Assembly (NCBI GenBank): GCA_934157035.1
Contig: CAKPHG010000001.1
Span: 137,342-201,341, forward strand
Length of the DNA stretch: 64,000 nt
Source of the DNA: an uncultured Clostridia bacterium
GTDB taxonomy: Bacteria; Bacillota; Clostridia; TANB77; CAG-508
Direction: 5' to 3'
Under the pieces are notes generated by a model. The model was not told the origin of the DNA and ran no database searches. It saw nothing but the letters and a program-made list of their open reading frames with translations. Shown one piece after another: positions 19,711 through 30,223 of this stretch; the stretch's first letter is position 1; every line of letters begins with the position of its first letter. The position numbers and the translations under genes were made by a program.

Positions 19711-22362
19711 TTATCTTAAGCCTTCTAGTCTTTCTTTTGCTGTTTGTAACAAACCTTCATATTTAGCAAGTTTTTCTTTTTCTTCATTTATTTTTGCTTC
19801 TGGAGCTTTTGCTACAAATCCTGGATTTGAAAGCATCTTGCTTGCTCTTTCTACTTCACTTGTTAATTTCTTAATTTCTTCTTCAAGTCTTGTTCTTTCA
19901 GCTTCTTTATCTATTAAATCTCCAAGCTCAATTATTACTTCCATTTGTTTTGTCATAATTGATGTTGCATTTTCCATGTTTACATCATTTTCTTCTTTTA
20001 TTTCTAAATCTGTTGCAAATCCTAATTTTTCTATCATTGCTTTTGAAGTTTCTAACATTTCACTTAAGTTTTTAGTTATAAAGATTAATTTAGATTTTTT
20101 AGAAGGATGTATATTTTGAACTGTTCTTAAGTTTCTTATTCCTACTATTATTTCTTTTAATTCTTCTATAGCTTCTTCTTCATTTTCAAAAACCCATTCT
20201 TTATTATATTCAGGCCATTTTGAAATCATTATACTTTCATTATTATGATATAGCTTCATAAATATTTCTTCTGTCATAAATGGCATAACTGGATGTAATA
20301 ATTTTAATGAATTTATTAATACTTTGTTTAATGTCCATAAACATGCATCTTTTGTTTTGCAGTTTTCATCATATAAACGTGGTTTTACCATTTCTATATA
20401 CCAATCGCAGAATTCGTTCCAAATGAAGTCATATATTTTTTGAAGTGCAACACCCATATCATAGTTGTCTAAGTTTACACTTACTTCTTTTATAACATTG
20501 TTTAATTTAGATAAAATCCATTTATCTTCATAAGTTAAGTTTGCAGGTAACTCCTCTGTTTCTAAATATTTTTCATCTATATCTTCTTTTATATTACCAA
20601 GTACAAATTTAGAAGCATTCCATAATTTATTTGCAAAGTTTGATGCTACCTCTAGTTTTTCTGGCATATATCTAATATCATTTCCTGCTGAAATTCCATA
20701 TATTAAAGAGAAACGTAAGCTATCAGTTCCATATTTTGCTATTATTTCTAATGGATCTATTCCATTACCTAAAGATTTAGACATCTTTCTTCCTTGTGAG
20801 TCTCTTACTATTCCGTGAATTAAAACATCTTTAAATGGTTCTACTCCTGTATGTTTTATTCCAGAGAATATCATTCTTGCTACCCAGAAGAATATAATAT
20901 CATATCCTGTAACTAATGTTGATGTTGGATAAAAATATTTAAAGTCTTCTGTTTGCTCTGGCCAACCTAGTGTTGAAAATGGCCATAATGCAGAACTAAA
21001 CCATGTATCTAATGTATCTTCATCTTGGTGAATATGTGTACTTCCGCATTTACTACATTTTTCTGGAGCATTTTCTTCTACCATCATTTCATGACAGTCT
21101 TCACAGTAATATGCTGGTATTCTATGTCCCCACCATAATTGTCTTGAAATACACCAATCCTTTACATTATCCATCCAAGCAAAATATGTTTTATCATATT
21201 TTGAAGGTATAAATCTTACTTTTCCACTTCTTACTGCTTCATTTGCTGGTTTTGCTAAAGGCTCCATTTTTACAAACCATTGCTCTGAAATGTGTGGTTC
21301 TATTGTATTATGGCATCTGTAGCATTTTCCTACATTATGTGTATAATCTTCTATTTTTACTAAATCGCCTAATTCTTCTAGTTTTTCTACTATTTTTTGT
21401 CTAGCTTCTAATAAGTCCATTCCAGCATATTCTGGTACTAAATTTCCCATTTTAAAGTTTTCGTCAAATACTTCTATTATTTCTAGGTTGTGAGTCAATG
21501 CTGCTTGATAATCATTTGGATCATGGGCTGGTGTTAGTTTAACAGCACCTGTACCAAACTCTTTTTCAACAAATGGATCTGCTATAATTGGTATTTCTTT
21601 ATTCATAATTGGAAGTATAACTTTCTTTCCAACTAAATCTTTATATCTTTCATCGTCTGGATGAACTGCAACACCTGTATCTCCAAGCATTGTTTCTGGT
21701 CTTGTTGTTGCAACTATAATATATCTATCTTCGTCTTTTACTTTATAACGAATATGCCATAAATGTGTTGGTTCTTCCTCATATTCAACTTCTGCATCTG
21801 ATATAGATGTGTTGCAATATGGACACCAGTTTATCATTCTTTTTCCTTTATAAATTAATCCTTCTCTATAAAGTTTTATAAATACATATTTAACGGCATC
21901 TGATAATCCATCATCCATTGTAAATCTTTCTCTTGACCAATCACAAGAGCATCCTAATTTTTTAATTTGATTTACAATCGCTCCACCATATTCTTTTTTC
22001 CAATCCCATGCTCTTTCTAAAAATGCTTCTCTTCCCAAGTCTTCTTTTGTAATTCCAGCTTCTTTCATTTTTGCAACTATTTTAGCTTCTGTTGCTATTG
22101 CTGCATGGTCTGTTCCAGGGATCCATAAAGCATTAAAACCTTGCATTCTTTTATATCTAATTAATATATCTTGTATTGTTTCATCTAAGGCATGCCCCAT
22201 ATGAAGTTTTCCTGTAATATTTGGTGGTGGAATAACTATTGTATAAGGTATTTTTGTTCTATCATCTGATGGTTTAAAATATCCTTTTTCCTCCCAATTT
22301 TCATATAATTTTTCTTCAAATTCTTTTGGATTATACTTTCCTTCTAACTCATGTTTACACAT
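19711..22362 (-). CDS. valS: Valine--tRNA ligase
   Basis: It is a class I aaRS with a C-terminal coiled coil. The best start is the ATG at 22362 (MCKHELEG...) preceded by AAGGAGG. The track ORF extends to a TTG at 22395. Confidence 0.9.
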   Translation of the reverse strand: MCKHELEGKYNPKEFEEKLYENWEEKGYFKPSDDRTKIPYTIVIPPPNITGKLHMGHALDETIQDILIRYKRMQGFNALWIPGTDHAAIATEAKIVAKMKEAGITKEDLGREAFLERAWDWKKEYGGAIVNQIKKLGCSCDWSRERFTMDDGLSDAVKYVFIKLYREGLIYKGKRMINWCPYCNTSISDAEVEYEEEPTHLWHIRYKVKDEDRYIIVATTRPETMLGDTGVAVHPDDERYKDLVGKKVILPIMNKEIPIIADPFVEKEFGTGAVKLTPAHDPNDYQAALTHNLEIIEVFDENFKMGNLVPEYAGMDLLEARQKIVEKLEELGDLVKIEDYTHNVGKCYRCHNTIEPHISEQWFVKMEPLAKPANEAVRSGKVRFIPSKYDKTYFAWMDNVKDWCISRQLWWGHRIPAYYCEDCHEMMVEENAPEKCSKCGSTHIHQDEDTLDTWFSSALWPFSTLGWPEQTEDFKYFYPTSTLVTGYDIIFFWVARMIFSGIKHTGVEPFKDVLIHGIVRDSQGRKMSKSLGNGIDPLEIIAKYGTDSLRFSLIYGISAGNDIRYMPEKLEVASNFANKLWNASKFVLGNIKEDIDEKYLETEELPANLTYEDKWILSKLNNVIKEVSVNLDNYDMGVALQKIYDFIWNEFCDWYIEMVKPRLYDENCKTKDACLWTLNKVLINSLKLLHPVMPFMTEEIFMKLYHNNESIMISKWPEYNKEWVFENEEEAIEELKEIIVGIRNLRTVQNIHPSKKSKLIFITKNLSEMLETSKAMIEKLGFATDLEIKEENDVNMENATSIMTKQMEVIIELGDLIDKEAERTRLEEEIKKLTSEVERASKMLSNPGFVAKAPEAKINEEKEKLAKYEGLLQTAKERLEGLR

Positions 22363-22375
22363 ATTTTTTTCCTCC

Positions 22376-22543
22376 TTATCTTTCTTCTCTTTCAATTTTT
22401 CCGTTTGCTAACACTCCATACTTTCCAATTAATTTTTTATCTACAATTACATTTTTAGGTAATTTTTCCCCATATAATGGTGAACTTGTTTTCTCAGCTT
22501 TTAAGGTCATAAACTTCAATCCTTCTTTAAATAAATTACTCAT
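22376..22543 (-). CDS. Small ORF (55 aa, MSNLFKEGLKFMTLKAEK...) between the T-box terminator and valS. It may be a leader or a small protein.
   Basis: It has an ATG and an RBS (GGAGAGAAATATG). Its stop codon overlaps the valS RBS. It is not in the 60-aa-or-longer track. Confidence 0.3.
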   Translation of the reverse strand: MSNLFKEGLKFMTLKAEKTSSPLYGEKLPKNVIVDKKLIGKYGVLANGKIEREER

Positions 22544-22599
22544 ATTTCTCTCCTAACATAATTTAAATTCTTAAGTACATCTCTGAAATTTAAAAATTA

Positions 22600-22857
22600 C
22601 AAACAAAAAGCTCACCCTAATAATAAGGGTGAGCTTAAAATTTCTCACGGTACCACCTTAATTTATAAATAATTTTATTATTTATATCTTAGCTACAGTT
22701 AACGCCTGTTAAACGAGAATAACTACTATTATTTCACTATTCTAACAAAAAAGCTACCTTCTGTTTTCTTTTCTATAAGAAGCTTTCAGCGCAATCACTT
22801 CTTTTCTCTTTTCTAGTAAGTTAAAACATACTCCTCTTTTTTCTTGTTTTTCAATAT
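22600..22857 (-). promoter_or_regulatory. T-box riboswitch leader of valS
   Basis: The minus-strand sequence AATTAAGGTGGTACCGTGAGA (plus 22644-22663) matches the T-box consensus. The terminator hairpin AAGCTCACCC...GGGTGAGCTT plus a T-tract lies at 22605-22637. A promoter (TTGCAT-17-TATAAT) lies at about 22865-22893. Confidence 0.8.
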
Positions 22858-23002
22858 GTATTATATTATACAATACCTTTATGTTTTATGCAACTATTTT
22901 TATATAATTATTTTTACAAAACAATTATATTTTATTTTTAAAATAGGGAGCAAATAAAATGCTCCCTATTATCTTTCTCTTTGAATTTTTTCTACTGTCA
23001 GA

Positions 23003-23779
23003 TTATTCTTCTAACTTCAAGTTCTCTACTTTTTGCATTCGAATTACCGAAATTTCATAAGCTTCTCTAAATTCTCCGGCTTCTGAATTTGGTGAATACC
23101 TTTTGAAATACTCTCTGCTTTGAACTCTACCATAAAGTTTTATCCGATTTCCAATTTCAAGTTCACTTACCCATTGAGCAACTCGACCCCATGCAATACA
23201 TGGAATATAATCTGACTTTTTATACGGTCTGTTTACTGCAATAAGCAAATCTGTTATGTATCTTCCTGAAGGTGTGTTTCTGAATACCGGCTGTTTGCAA
23301 AGGTATCCCTCAAGATAGACTAAATTAGCATTTGTAGTTTCTTCAAGTTCACCTTCATCTTCATAGATGTTAATTGCCGTTGCAAATAAAAATAGCTCTA
23401 AATGATTACGACCATCTTCTCCTTTTTTATTATATGATCTGAACTGTCCCGCTACTTCTACCCATTTACCTTTGAGTAAGTTTTTCATTCTTTCTCGTCC
23501 TATTAGTAAATCAGATACAACTATTGGAACAAAATCTTCTGTTCCACTTAATCTTTCTACTATTACTCTTGTTCGATAGAATTTCTCCCACATTACTTCG
23601 TGACTGTACTCAAATTCAGCCTCAATTCTGCCACTAATAAACACTTTGTTAAATTCGCCAAAAAGTTTTTCAACAGTTGAAATTTCCTCCATTCTTGTTA
23701 TGACATTGTTTTCCCGTCTTACTACAGTTTCATCTGACATTGTACTTTCCTCCTGCTTATTTTTTTGCTTATAGCACAT
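23003..23779 (-). CDS. Single-stranded DNA-binding protein with two tandem OB folds (258 aa)
   Basis: The second half, LVYLEGYLCKQPVFRNTPSGRYITDLLIAVNRPYKK...IPCIAWGRVAQWVSE...LYGRVQSREY, matches bacterial SSB. The first half is a second SSB-like OB fold. GC content and codon usage are atypical (CGA, CCG). It is flanked by hairpin terminators at about 22940-22970 and 23925-23965. Confidence 0.65.
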   Translation of the reverse strand: MCYKQKNKQEESTMSDETVVRRENNVITRMEEISTVEKLFGEFNKVFISGRIEAEFEYSHEVMWEKFYRTRVIVERLSGTEDFVPIVVSDLLIGRERMKNLLKGKWVEVAGQFRSYNKKGEDGRNHLELFLFATAINIYEDEGELEETTNANLVYLEGYLCKQPVFRNTPSGRYITDLLIAVNRPYKKSDYIPCIAWGRVAQWVSELEIGNRIKLYGRVQSREYFKRYSPNSEAGEFREAYEISVIRMQKVENLKLEE

Positions 23780-23986
23780 TCAGTAGAAAAATCATTCTAA
23801 ATTACTTACATACAAAAATTCTGTGTATGTGTTTGAATCAAGAAATAAATTCTTCATCTTTATATATATAAACAATATAGTTATTATATCACTGTTTTAC
23901 ATTTTTGTAAAGTTATGTAAATAGTAAAAACTCCACCAGATACATCTAGTGGAGTTTTTACTCAATACCAAGATTGCAATATTACA

Positions 23987-25267
23987 TCATTGGGTAAAGT
24001 CTGAGAAATTTTCAATTTCACTCTCAAACATAATAATTTTCTGCAATTCTGAAAGAAAAGTCAAAAGTTTTACTTTTTTACCACTTTCATATTTTTGCAC
24101 AAAATCATTGACAAATTTTGAGAAAGTCATACGAACTGTCATTGTCTGTTCAATAGGAATATTAGTCTCTATAAAAATAATATCAAAAGCTATTCTTTCC
24201 TTTTTCACAGCTGTACTTGCGATTTCAACAATTTGTTCCTGCTCTTTTACAGTCATCTTGTTTAATCCCATTGCTTCCAAGACATAACGGATTCGTTTCT
24301 CAACAGGCTGTGTTTTATCAACACTTGCTAATGTTTCCTCAAAATCTCTAATTTCTGGCATACATTCCATTTTTACTCTTGGTTTAGTAATGGTTTTTCC
24401 ATCATCAAACTCGTCAATTTTTTCTTTAACATTCGTCGTCTCTTCTATTTCCTGTTTATTGGAGTTTTCTTCCGTAGAATGATCTTCTACCCCTTTAAAC
24501 GAGTACTCTTTATACTGTTTAGTTACATTTAGAAACGACAATATTGTTATTGAATATTCCTTTAGTCTTTCGGAAACTTGCTTACTAGACCAAACTTTGT
24601 CCCACTGTGTATAGAAAACTTTTTTGTTTTTTAGAGCATTTTCTAATTCTTTCCATGTAATCTTATCAACTTTCGTAGATATGATTACCAAATTCGTGAA
24701 AAAATCTTCCCTTTGACCCATTTCTAACCATTCTGACACTAATTTTGCAAAATTTTCAAAAGAAGTTGCTATTTTTGCAATTTCTTCTAATTTTGGAATG
24801 TTTATAGTTGTCAAACCTCGGTTTATTTTTTTAGGCTGCACCTTTTTTTGTAGTTCAGTCTGCTTGAAACTTTTACTTTCTGCATTCGCCTGTTCAGCTT
24901 TTTCACTCTTTGCATTCGCCTGTTCAGCTTGTTCAGATTTTTCACTCTCTGCATTTGTCTGTTCAGTCTCTTCGGAATCTTCTCCTCCTACATTTCCATA
25001 TTCATAGTCATTTTCTGTGTCAACCTGTATTTTTTCATCTTCTTCGTACCCTTTCAAGTTCTTTCCGTAGTTCAATTCAATGACTTCACAATGGCTTATT
25101 GCATCAATAATTGCCATAGGAGGCTGCCGAAAAACAATTTCAAGTTTTGCCTCTTTACCTCTTACCACAATACTACTTTCAGGATTAAAATCCTGAAAAA
25201 ACGCTCTAATTAAGTATTCTGCATTTTTATCCTGCTTAATCCTTACCTTTGCCCAAAACTTACTCAT
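23987..25267 (-). CDS. Hypothetical protein with an internal acidic tandem-repeat linker (426 aa)
   Basis: It is an ORF in the track. The DNA has a tandem repeat at about 24870-24960 encoding SEKAEQANA units. There are no recognisable catalytic motifs. It shares the same-strand, higher-GC block with the SSB gene. Confidence 0.45.
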   Translation of the reverse strand: MSKFWAKVRIKQDKNAEYLIRAFFQDFNPESSIVVRGKEAKLEIVFRQPPMAIIDAISHCEVIELNYGKNLKGYEEDEKIQVDTENDYEYGNVGGEDSEETEQTNAESEKSEQAEQANAKSEKAEQANAESKSFKQTELQKKVQPKKINRGLTTINIPKLEEIAKIATSFENFAKLVSEWLEMGQREDFFTNLVIISTKVDKITWKELENALKNKKVFYTQWDKVWSSKQVSERLKEYSITILSFLNVTKQYKEYSFKGVEDHSTEENSNKQEIEETTNVKEKIDEFDDGKTITKPRVKMECMPEIRDFEETLASVDKTQPVEKRIRYVLEAMGLNKMTVKEQEQIVEIASTAVKKERIAFDIIFIETNIPIEQTMTVRMTFSKFVNDFVQKYESGKKVKLLTFLSELQKIIMFESEIENFSDFTQ

Positions 25268-25462
25268 TGTGTTTCTCCTTTCATTGCTAAAAAGTTTAAT
25301 AGGTATAGATTTATCTTGATATTTCCATTTTTTTGATATTTAGCAAATTAAAGAATTGCTAATATACATAAATACCTTGGAAATATTCCAACACAGCTTA
25401 TATTATACTACTATTTTACATAATTTGCAACACAAAGAAGAAAGATAACTATATTGATATAG

Positions 25463-26353
25463 TTATCTTTCTTCTTTGTCCATTATTGATTGTAATTCCT
25501 TTTTGTTTCTTTCTAATTCTGGGTTTATACTAATAATATCCTTTAATTGTTTTATTATTTCTTGTTCATCTTTTTCTTCTTTTGCTATAGCTATTAGTTG
25601 TTCTCTAATTTCAATACTATCAGGAAATTTATCCAGTGCTTCATAAGCCCATAATTTTGCATCATCTAAATTTTTCATATTTTTTTCAATATGTACTAAC
25701 TGTCTATATGCAGTATAGTTACCTGTTTCTTCTATTAATTTTTCCAACTCTTCTATTGCTTCACTGATTCTTCCTGATTTAAAATACGCAAAAGCTAACA
25801 AATTTCTTTTTCCTTGTGCTTTTTGTGGGTTAGCTACAATTTCAGATTTATATCTATTTATTGTTTCTTCATAATCCGGTTTTATATTCTTCTGTTTGAC
25901 TTCTTTATGTTGTTCTTTAATTGGTTTTTTCTTATATTTTGTTGCTCTTTTTTTTCTAATATTGCTACTTTTTCTTTTTGGTATTTGTACATTTAGTTCT
26001 TCTAAGATCTTATCAATACTGCTTGAAAATCCCAACCTTTTTCTTTCTTCTTCTATCTCTAATAAATCTTCTTTATTAACAGTTGTTCTATTTATATATG
26101 AATTTAATTTTAATAGAATTGCTCTTTCTATACTATTATTATCTGTTGTTTCTATAAAATCGTTTAATTTATCTATTGCCTCTGCTACTTTTCCATTTTC
26201 TATTGATTCTTTTGCAAATCGTCTAAGTTCTAGCCTTTCTTTATATTCTTGTAACTTTTCAATAGATATATCTAATTCAAAAGATAATAATTCTAAATCA
26301 AATCCATTATTAATTAATCTTATTATTTCTTCTACTTCGTTTAGTCTTATCAT
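25463..26353 (-). CDS. TPR-like repeat protein
   Basis: It is 296 aa and helical-repeat rich (AYFKSGRISEAIEELEK..., AYRQLVHIEKNMKNLDDAKLWAYEALDKFP). Confidence 0.5.
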   Translation of the reverse strand: MIRLNEVEEIIRLINNGFDLELLSFELDISIEKLQEYKERLELRRFAKESIENGKVAEAIDKLNDFIETTDNNSIERAILLKLNSYINRTTVNKEDLLEIEEERKRLGFSSSIDKILEELNVQIPKRKSSNIRKKRATKYKKKPIKEQHKEVKQKNIKPDYEETINRYKSEIVANPQKAQGKRNLLAFAYFKSGRISEAIEELEKLIEETGNYTAYRQLVHIEKNMKNLDDAKLWAYEALDKFPDSIEIREQLIAIAKEEKDEQEIIKQLKDIISINPELERNKKELQSIMDKEER

Positions 26354-26474
26354 AACATTTCATTTTTCCTTCTACATTAATTCTATTTTCGTTATCTCTT
26401 TTTTTCTTAATTATTGAATTAAGTATTTTTATTTTCTACATAATTATAAATGCGTTTCAATAATATAAATTTTT

Positions 26475-26687
26475 CTATTTTACATTTAGAAATACTACTA
26501 CAAATCCTACTACAAATAGCAAAAATCCACATATTTTAAACCATTTAGCTCCTTCATTTTGATCATGAAAGCTAAACCATTTTTTAGTTTGTTTTCTTGC
26601 ATCATATATCATAATAACACCTAACATTGTAAGTAAACTTCCTATTAATATACTAATTATCTTTATTATTTCCATTTTTTTCAACAT
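26475..26687 (-). CDS. Small membrane protein (70 aa)
   Basis: It has two predicted TM helices. Confidence 0.4.
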   Translation of the reverse strand: MLKKMEIIKIISILIGSLLTMLGVIMIYDARKQTKKWFSFHDQNEGAKWFKICGFLLFVVGFVVVFLNVK

Positions 26688-26691
26688 CCTT

Positions 26692-27555
26692 TTAGAAAAA
26701 TTCTACTGTATATTTACATTCATATTCTTGCTTTGGTGGCAATAATAATATATCTGTTTTTTGTCTAAATACCCCTGAACCATTTACATTATCCGCTGTT
26801 GTCATCCAAGGTTCTATACATATAAATGGCGCTTTTGGTTTTGTCCATACGGCAAGATATGGAAAGCCTGTAAAATCCATTGTAAGTATTGTTTTTCCGT
26901 TGTTTTTTAAGCTTACTTTATTTGATTTTAGCCCTTTCATAATAATTGCATCATTATCAAAAGAATGTATATCTAATGGAATTGTTTTTTGGTTTTGTAT
27001 AATATTTTTTGCATACTCTGTTCCTATTAATCCATCTACTAAATATAAAAAGTGAATTTTATCTTCTTCTTCTTCAAATTCTAAATAGTAGTTTCCTTTA
27101 TCTAATTGTTCTCTATCTATTTTAAAAGCTGGATGTCCACCTATACCAAAAGGCATATCTGTATCTCCCTCATTTATTACTTTATATATTGTTGTTAGTT
27201 TATTTTCATCTGTTCTATATGTTACTGTTAGAGAAAATTCATACGGATATTTATCTATTAGCTTTTTATCACTTTTAAATACATAAGAATGAAAATTATC
27301 TAACTTTGTTAATGGTTCAAATTCCATATCTCTAGCAAACCCATGTTGTTGCATTTCATAAGTTCTACCATTTATAATTGTCTGATTTTTTTTACATTTT
27401 CCAACCGTAGGAAATAATACTGGCCAATGTCTTTTCCAGTATATTCTTCCGTTTTCATCTGCACAATTTTCACCTTGATGTACTTTTTCTTCTCCATTTA
27501 TTTTAAAACTTACTAACTCTGCACCATATTTTGAAGTTAGCATTTGTGTATACAT
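26692..27555 (-). CDS. Aldose 1-epimerase (mutarotase) family protein (LacX-like)
   Basis: It is 287 aa with a galactose-mutarotase-like fold. Confidence 0.6.
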   Translation of the reverse strand: MYTQMLTSKYGAELVSFKINGEEKVHQGENCADENGRIYWKRHWPVLFPTVGKCKKNQTIINGRTYEMQQHGFARDMEFEPLTKLDNFHSYVFKSDKKLIDKYPYEFSLTVTYRTDENKLTTIYKVINEGDTDMPFGIGGHPAFKIDREQLDKGNYYLEFEEEEDKIHFLYLVDGLIGTEYAKNIIQNQKTIPLDIHSFDNDAIIMKGLKSNKVSLKNNGKTILTMDFTGFPYLAVWTKPKAPFICIEPWMTTADNVNGSGVFRQKTDILLLPPKQEYECKYTVEFF

Positions 27556-27810
27556 AGAATTTTTCTCCTTTTTTCTTTATTTTTTCACTATTATATTATT
27601 ATTTTTTTATGTAAATGTCAATATTTTTAAAGAAAAATGTAGCAAATTATACTATGAAATTTAATTACTTTTAATCTCTTCTATTAGTAATCTTCTTATT
27701 TTAATAATATCTGAAAAAACTAAATTTTTATATCCTTTTTCCACTAGTTTTAGTATTTTTAAGCACAAAAATAGAGGCTAATTATTTTATAAATTAGCCC
27801 CTATAATAAT

Positions 27811-27906
27811 TTGTTCATTAGACTTTATTTTATTTGCTCTCTAATTAGCAAAACTTATTTGTTCATTAGACTTTATTTTATTTGCTCTCTAATTAGCAAA
27901 ACCTAT
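27811..27906. repeat. Two tandem direct copies of a 48-bp unit, each with an internal palindrome (TTGCT-N8-AGCAA)
   Basis: TTGTTCATTAGACTTTATTTTATTTGCTCTCTAATTAGCAAAAC[T/C]TAT occurs at 27811-27858 and 27859-27906, with one mismatch between copies. Confidence 0.8.
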
Positions 27907-27996
27907 TTGTTATAAATAATACTAACATATAGCAATAACATTGTCAATATTATTACTAATATATTTTATGTAAATTTTTAAAAATTATTACATCTT

Positions 27997-30064
27997 TTAA
28001 ATTTCAATTCTATCTGTAAATTTCTTACTAACTAATACTTTTAATGGTTTATTTTTTTCAAGTTCTAATTTTGGATCTTCTTGTTCAATTTTTATTGCTA
28101 GGCTTTGTACCATTTTTAATGTAGGCATATCTTCAAACAAATTTGCTATTTTAAGTTCTGGAAGTCCATGTTGCCTTGTTCCAAAAAATTCTCCACTTCC
28201 TCTTAATTCTAAATCTTTTTCTGCAATAACAAATCCATCATTTGTTTCTTGCATAGTTTTCATTCTTTGCCTTACTACATCAGACTTGCTATCATATTTT
28301 AAGATACAATAAGACTTATATTCTCCACGTCCTACTCTTCCTCTTAGTTGGTGAAGCTGTGCTAAACCAAATCTTTCCGCATTTTCAACTACCATTATAC
28401 TTGCATTAGGTACATTTACACCTACTTCTATAACTGTTGTTGAAATAAGTATATCTATGTTTCCATCTTTAAATTCCTGCATAATAGCATCTTTTTCTTT
28501 TGGTCTCATTTTTCCATGAAGATATTCTACTCTATAATTTTTAAATATTTCATTTTTGTATTTTTCTGTAAGCTCTAACACTGCTTTTGCATCTATTTCT
28601 TCTGTTTCTTCTACTAATGGGCAAACAACATACACTTGTCTTCCTTCATCTATTTGTTTTTTTATAAAATTATTAATTCTTTCTTCCATAGTTTTTGTAA
28701 CTGCATACGTATCTATTTTCTTTCTATTTGGTGGAAGTTCATCTATTATAGATATATCTAAGTCACCATATAAAATTAATGCTAGTGTTCTTGGAATTGG
28801 AGTTGCTGTCATAACTAATACATCTGGATTTTCTCCTTTTTTACTTATAGTAGCTCTTTGCCTTACTCCAAAACGATGTTGTTCATCTGTTACAACTAAA
28901 CCCAAATTTTTAAATACTACATTTTCTTCTAATAAAGCATGCGTTCCAATTAATACATCTATTTCTCCATTTTTTAACTTTTCTAAAATCTCTTCTTTTT
29001 TCTTTTTAGTAACACTACCTATTAGTAATTCGCACTTTATTTTATATTTTTCTAATATCTCATTAAATGATTCTAAATGTTGACTTGCAAGTATTGCTGT
29101 TGGTGCCATTATTGCTACTTGATATCCACATTTTACTGCTTTATAAGCTGCACACATTGCAACAACAGTTTTTCCGTGAACCAACATCCCCTTGAAGAAG
29201 TCTATTCATAGCTTTTTCATTTTCCATGTCATTATCTATTTCTTCTAAAACTTTTAATTGTGCCTTTGTTAATCTAAATGGCAATTCATTTATTACTGTA
29301 CACATTTTTATATCTTTACTAAAACTAATACCCTTTTCTTCATTTGTGTAACTGTTTTTTAAACTCATTAATGCTAATTGCATAGAAAGTAATTCTTCAA
29401 AAACTAGACGTTTTCTTGCTTTTTCAAATTCTGTAAAATCTTTTGGAAAGTGAATTTGATTAATTGCTGTATTTACATCTTCTAATTTATATTCTTGCAT
29501 TATATAATCAGGAAGAGTTTCTTCTAATAATTTTTCTTGATTTACTACCTTTAAACCATTTTCCATAACTTGTCTTATTGTTGTTTGGTATAAACCAAAT
29601 GTTGCTGGGTAAAGTGGTATAATTTTTCCCGTATTTTTATTTGTCTCTTCACTATCGTAAACAGGCGAATTCATTTCTATCTTTCCATATTTAATAGATA
29701 CTTTTCCATAAAATTTATATTTTTGTCCTAATATAAATTTGTTTTTTAAATAACTTTGATTAAACCACGTAAGAAGGCAAGTTCCTGTTTCATCCCTAAC
29801 TATTAGTTTATAAATAGCCATATTTTTACGAATTCGTTGTTCACTCATTCTGCTTACTACCATTGCTTCTATTAGTGCTTCTTCTCCATCTGTTAAAGAA
29901 GCTATCATTTTTGGTTTGCTTCTATCTTCGTAATCTCTTGGAAAATATGTAATTAAATCTTCTAAAGTATTTATTCCTAATTTATTCAAAAGTTTTGCTC
30001 TGTTTGGACCTACTCCTTTTATAAATTGAATTTTTTTTTCTAATTCTTGCATTTTTATCTCCAT
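27997..30064 (-). pseudogene. recG: ATP-dependent DNA helicase RecG, split by a +1 frameshift in Walker A
   Basis: The N-terminal ORF (30064..29141) ends ...LLQGDVGS-RKNCCCN. The C-terminal ORF reads HGKTVVAMCAAYKAV..., containing the DEQHRFGV helicase motifs. The expected sequence is GDVGSGKTVVA. An extra C lies at plus-strand position about 29176 (TCA-C-GGA-AAA-ACT). Confidence 0.8.
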
Positions 30065-30223
30065 TTTTTGTTTAATTGTATCATGAAGTTTTTAAATTTA
30101 AAAGAGAGAATTTAATCTTTTTTCTAAAATTTGACATATAATTAAATATATTGATTTTTCAGTTTATTGTGCTATAATAAATTTATAAACGCAAAAGAAT
30201 AAATAATAAAAGGAGTTTTAAAA

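Noticed and set aside
22363-22395. N-terminal extension of valS (MKEKKDKEEKN) shown in the ORF track
   Set aside because: It begins at a TTG, contains the AAGGAGG that serves as RBS for the downstream ATG (MCKHELEG), and overlaps the stop of the 55-codon ORF.
22326-22556. Plus-strand 76-aa ORF upstream of valS
   Set aside because: It overlaps the minus-strand T-box leader, the small-ORF region and the valS start. There is no RBS.
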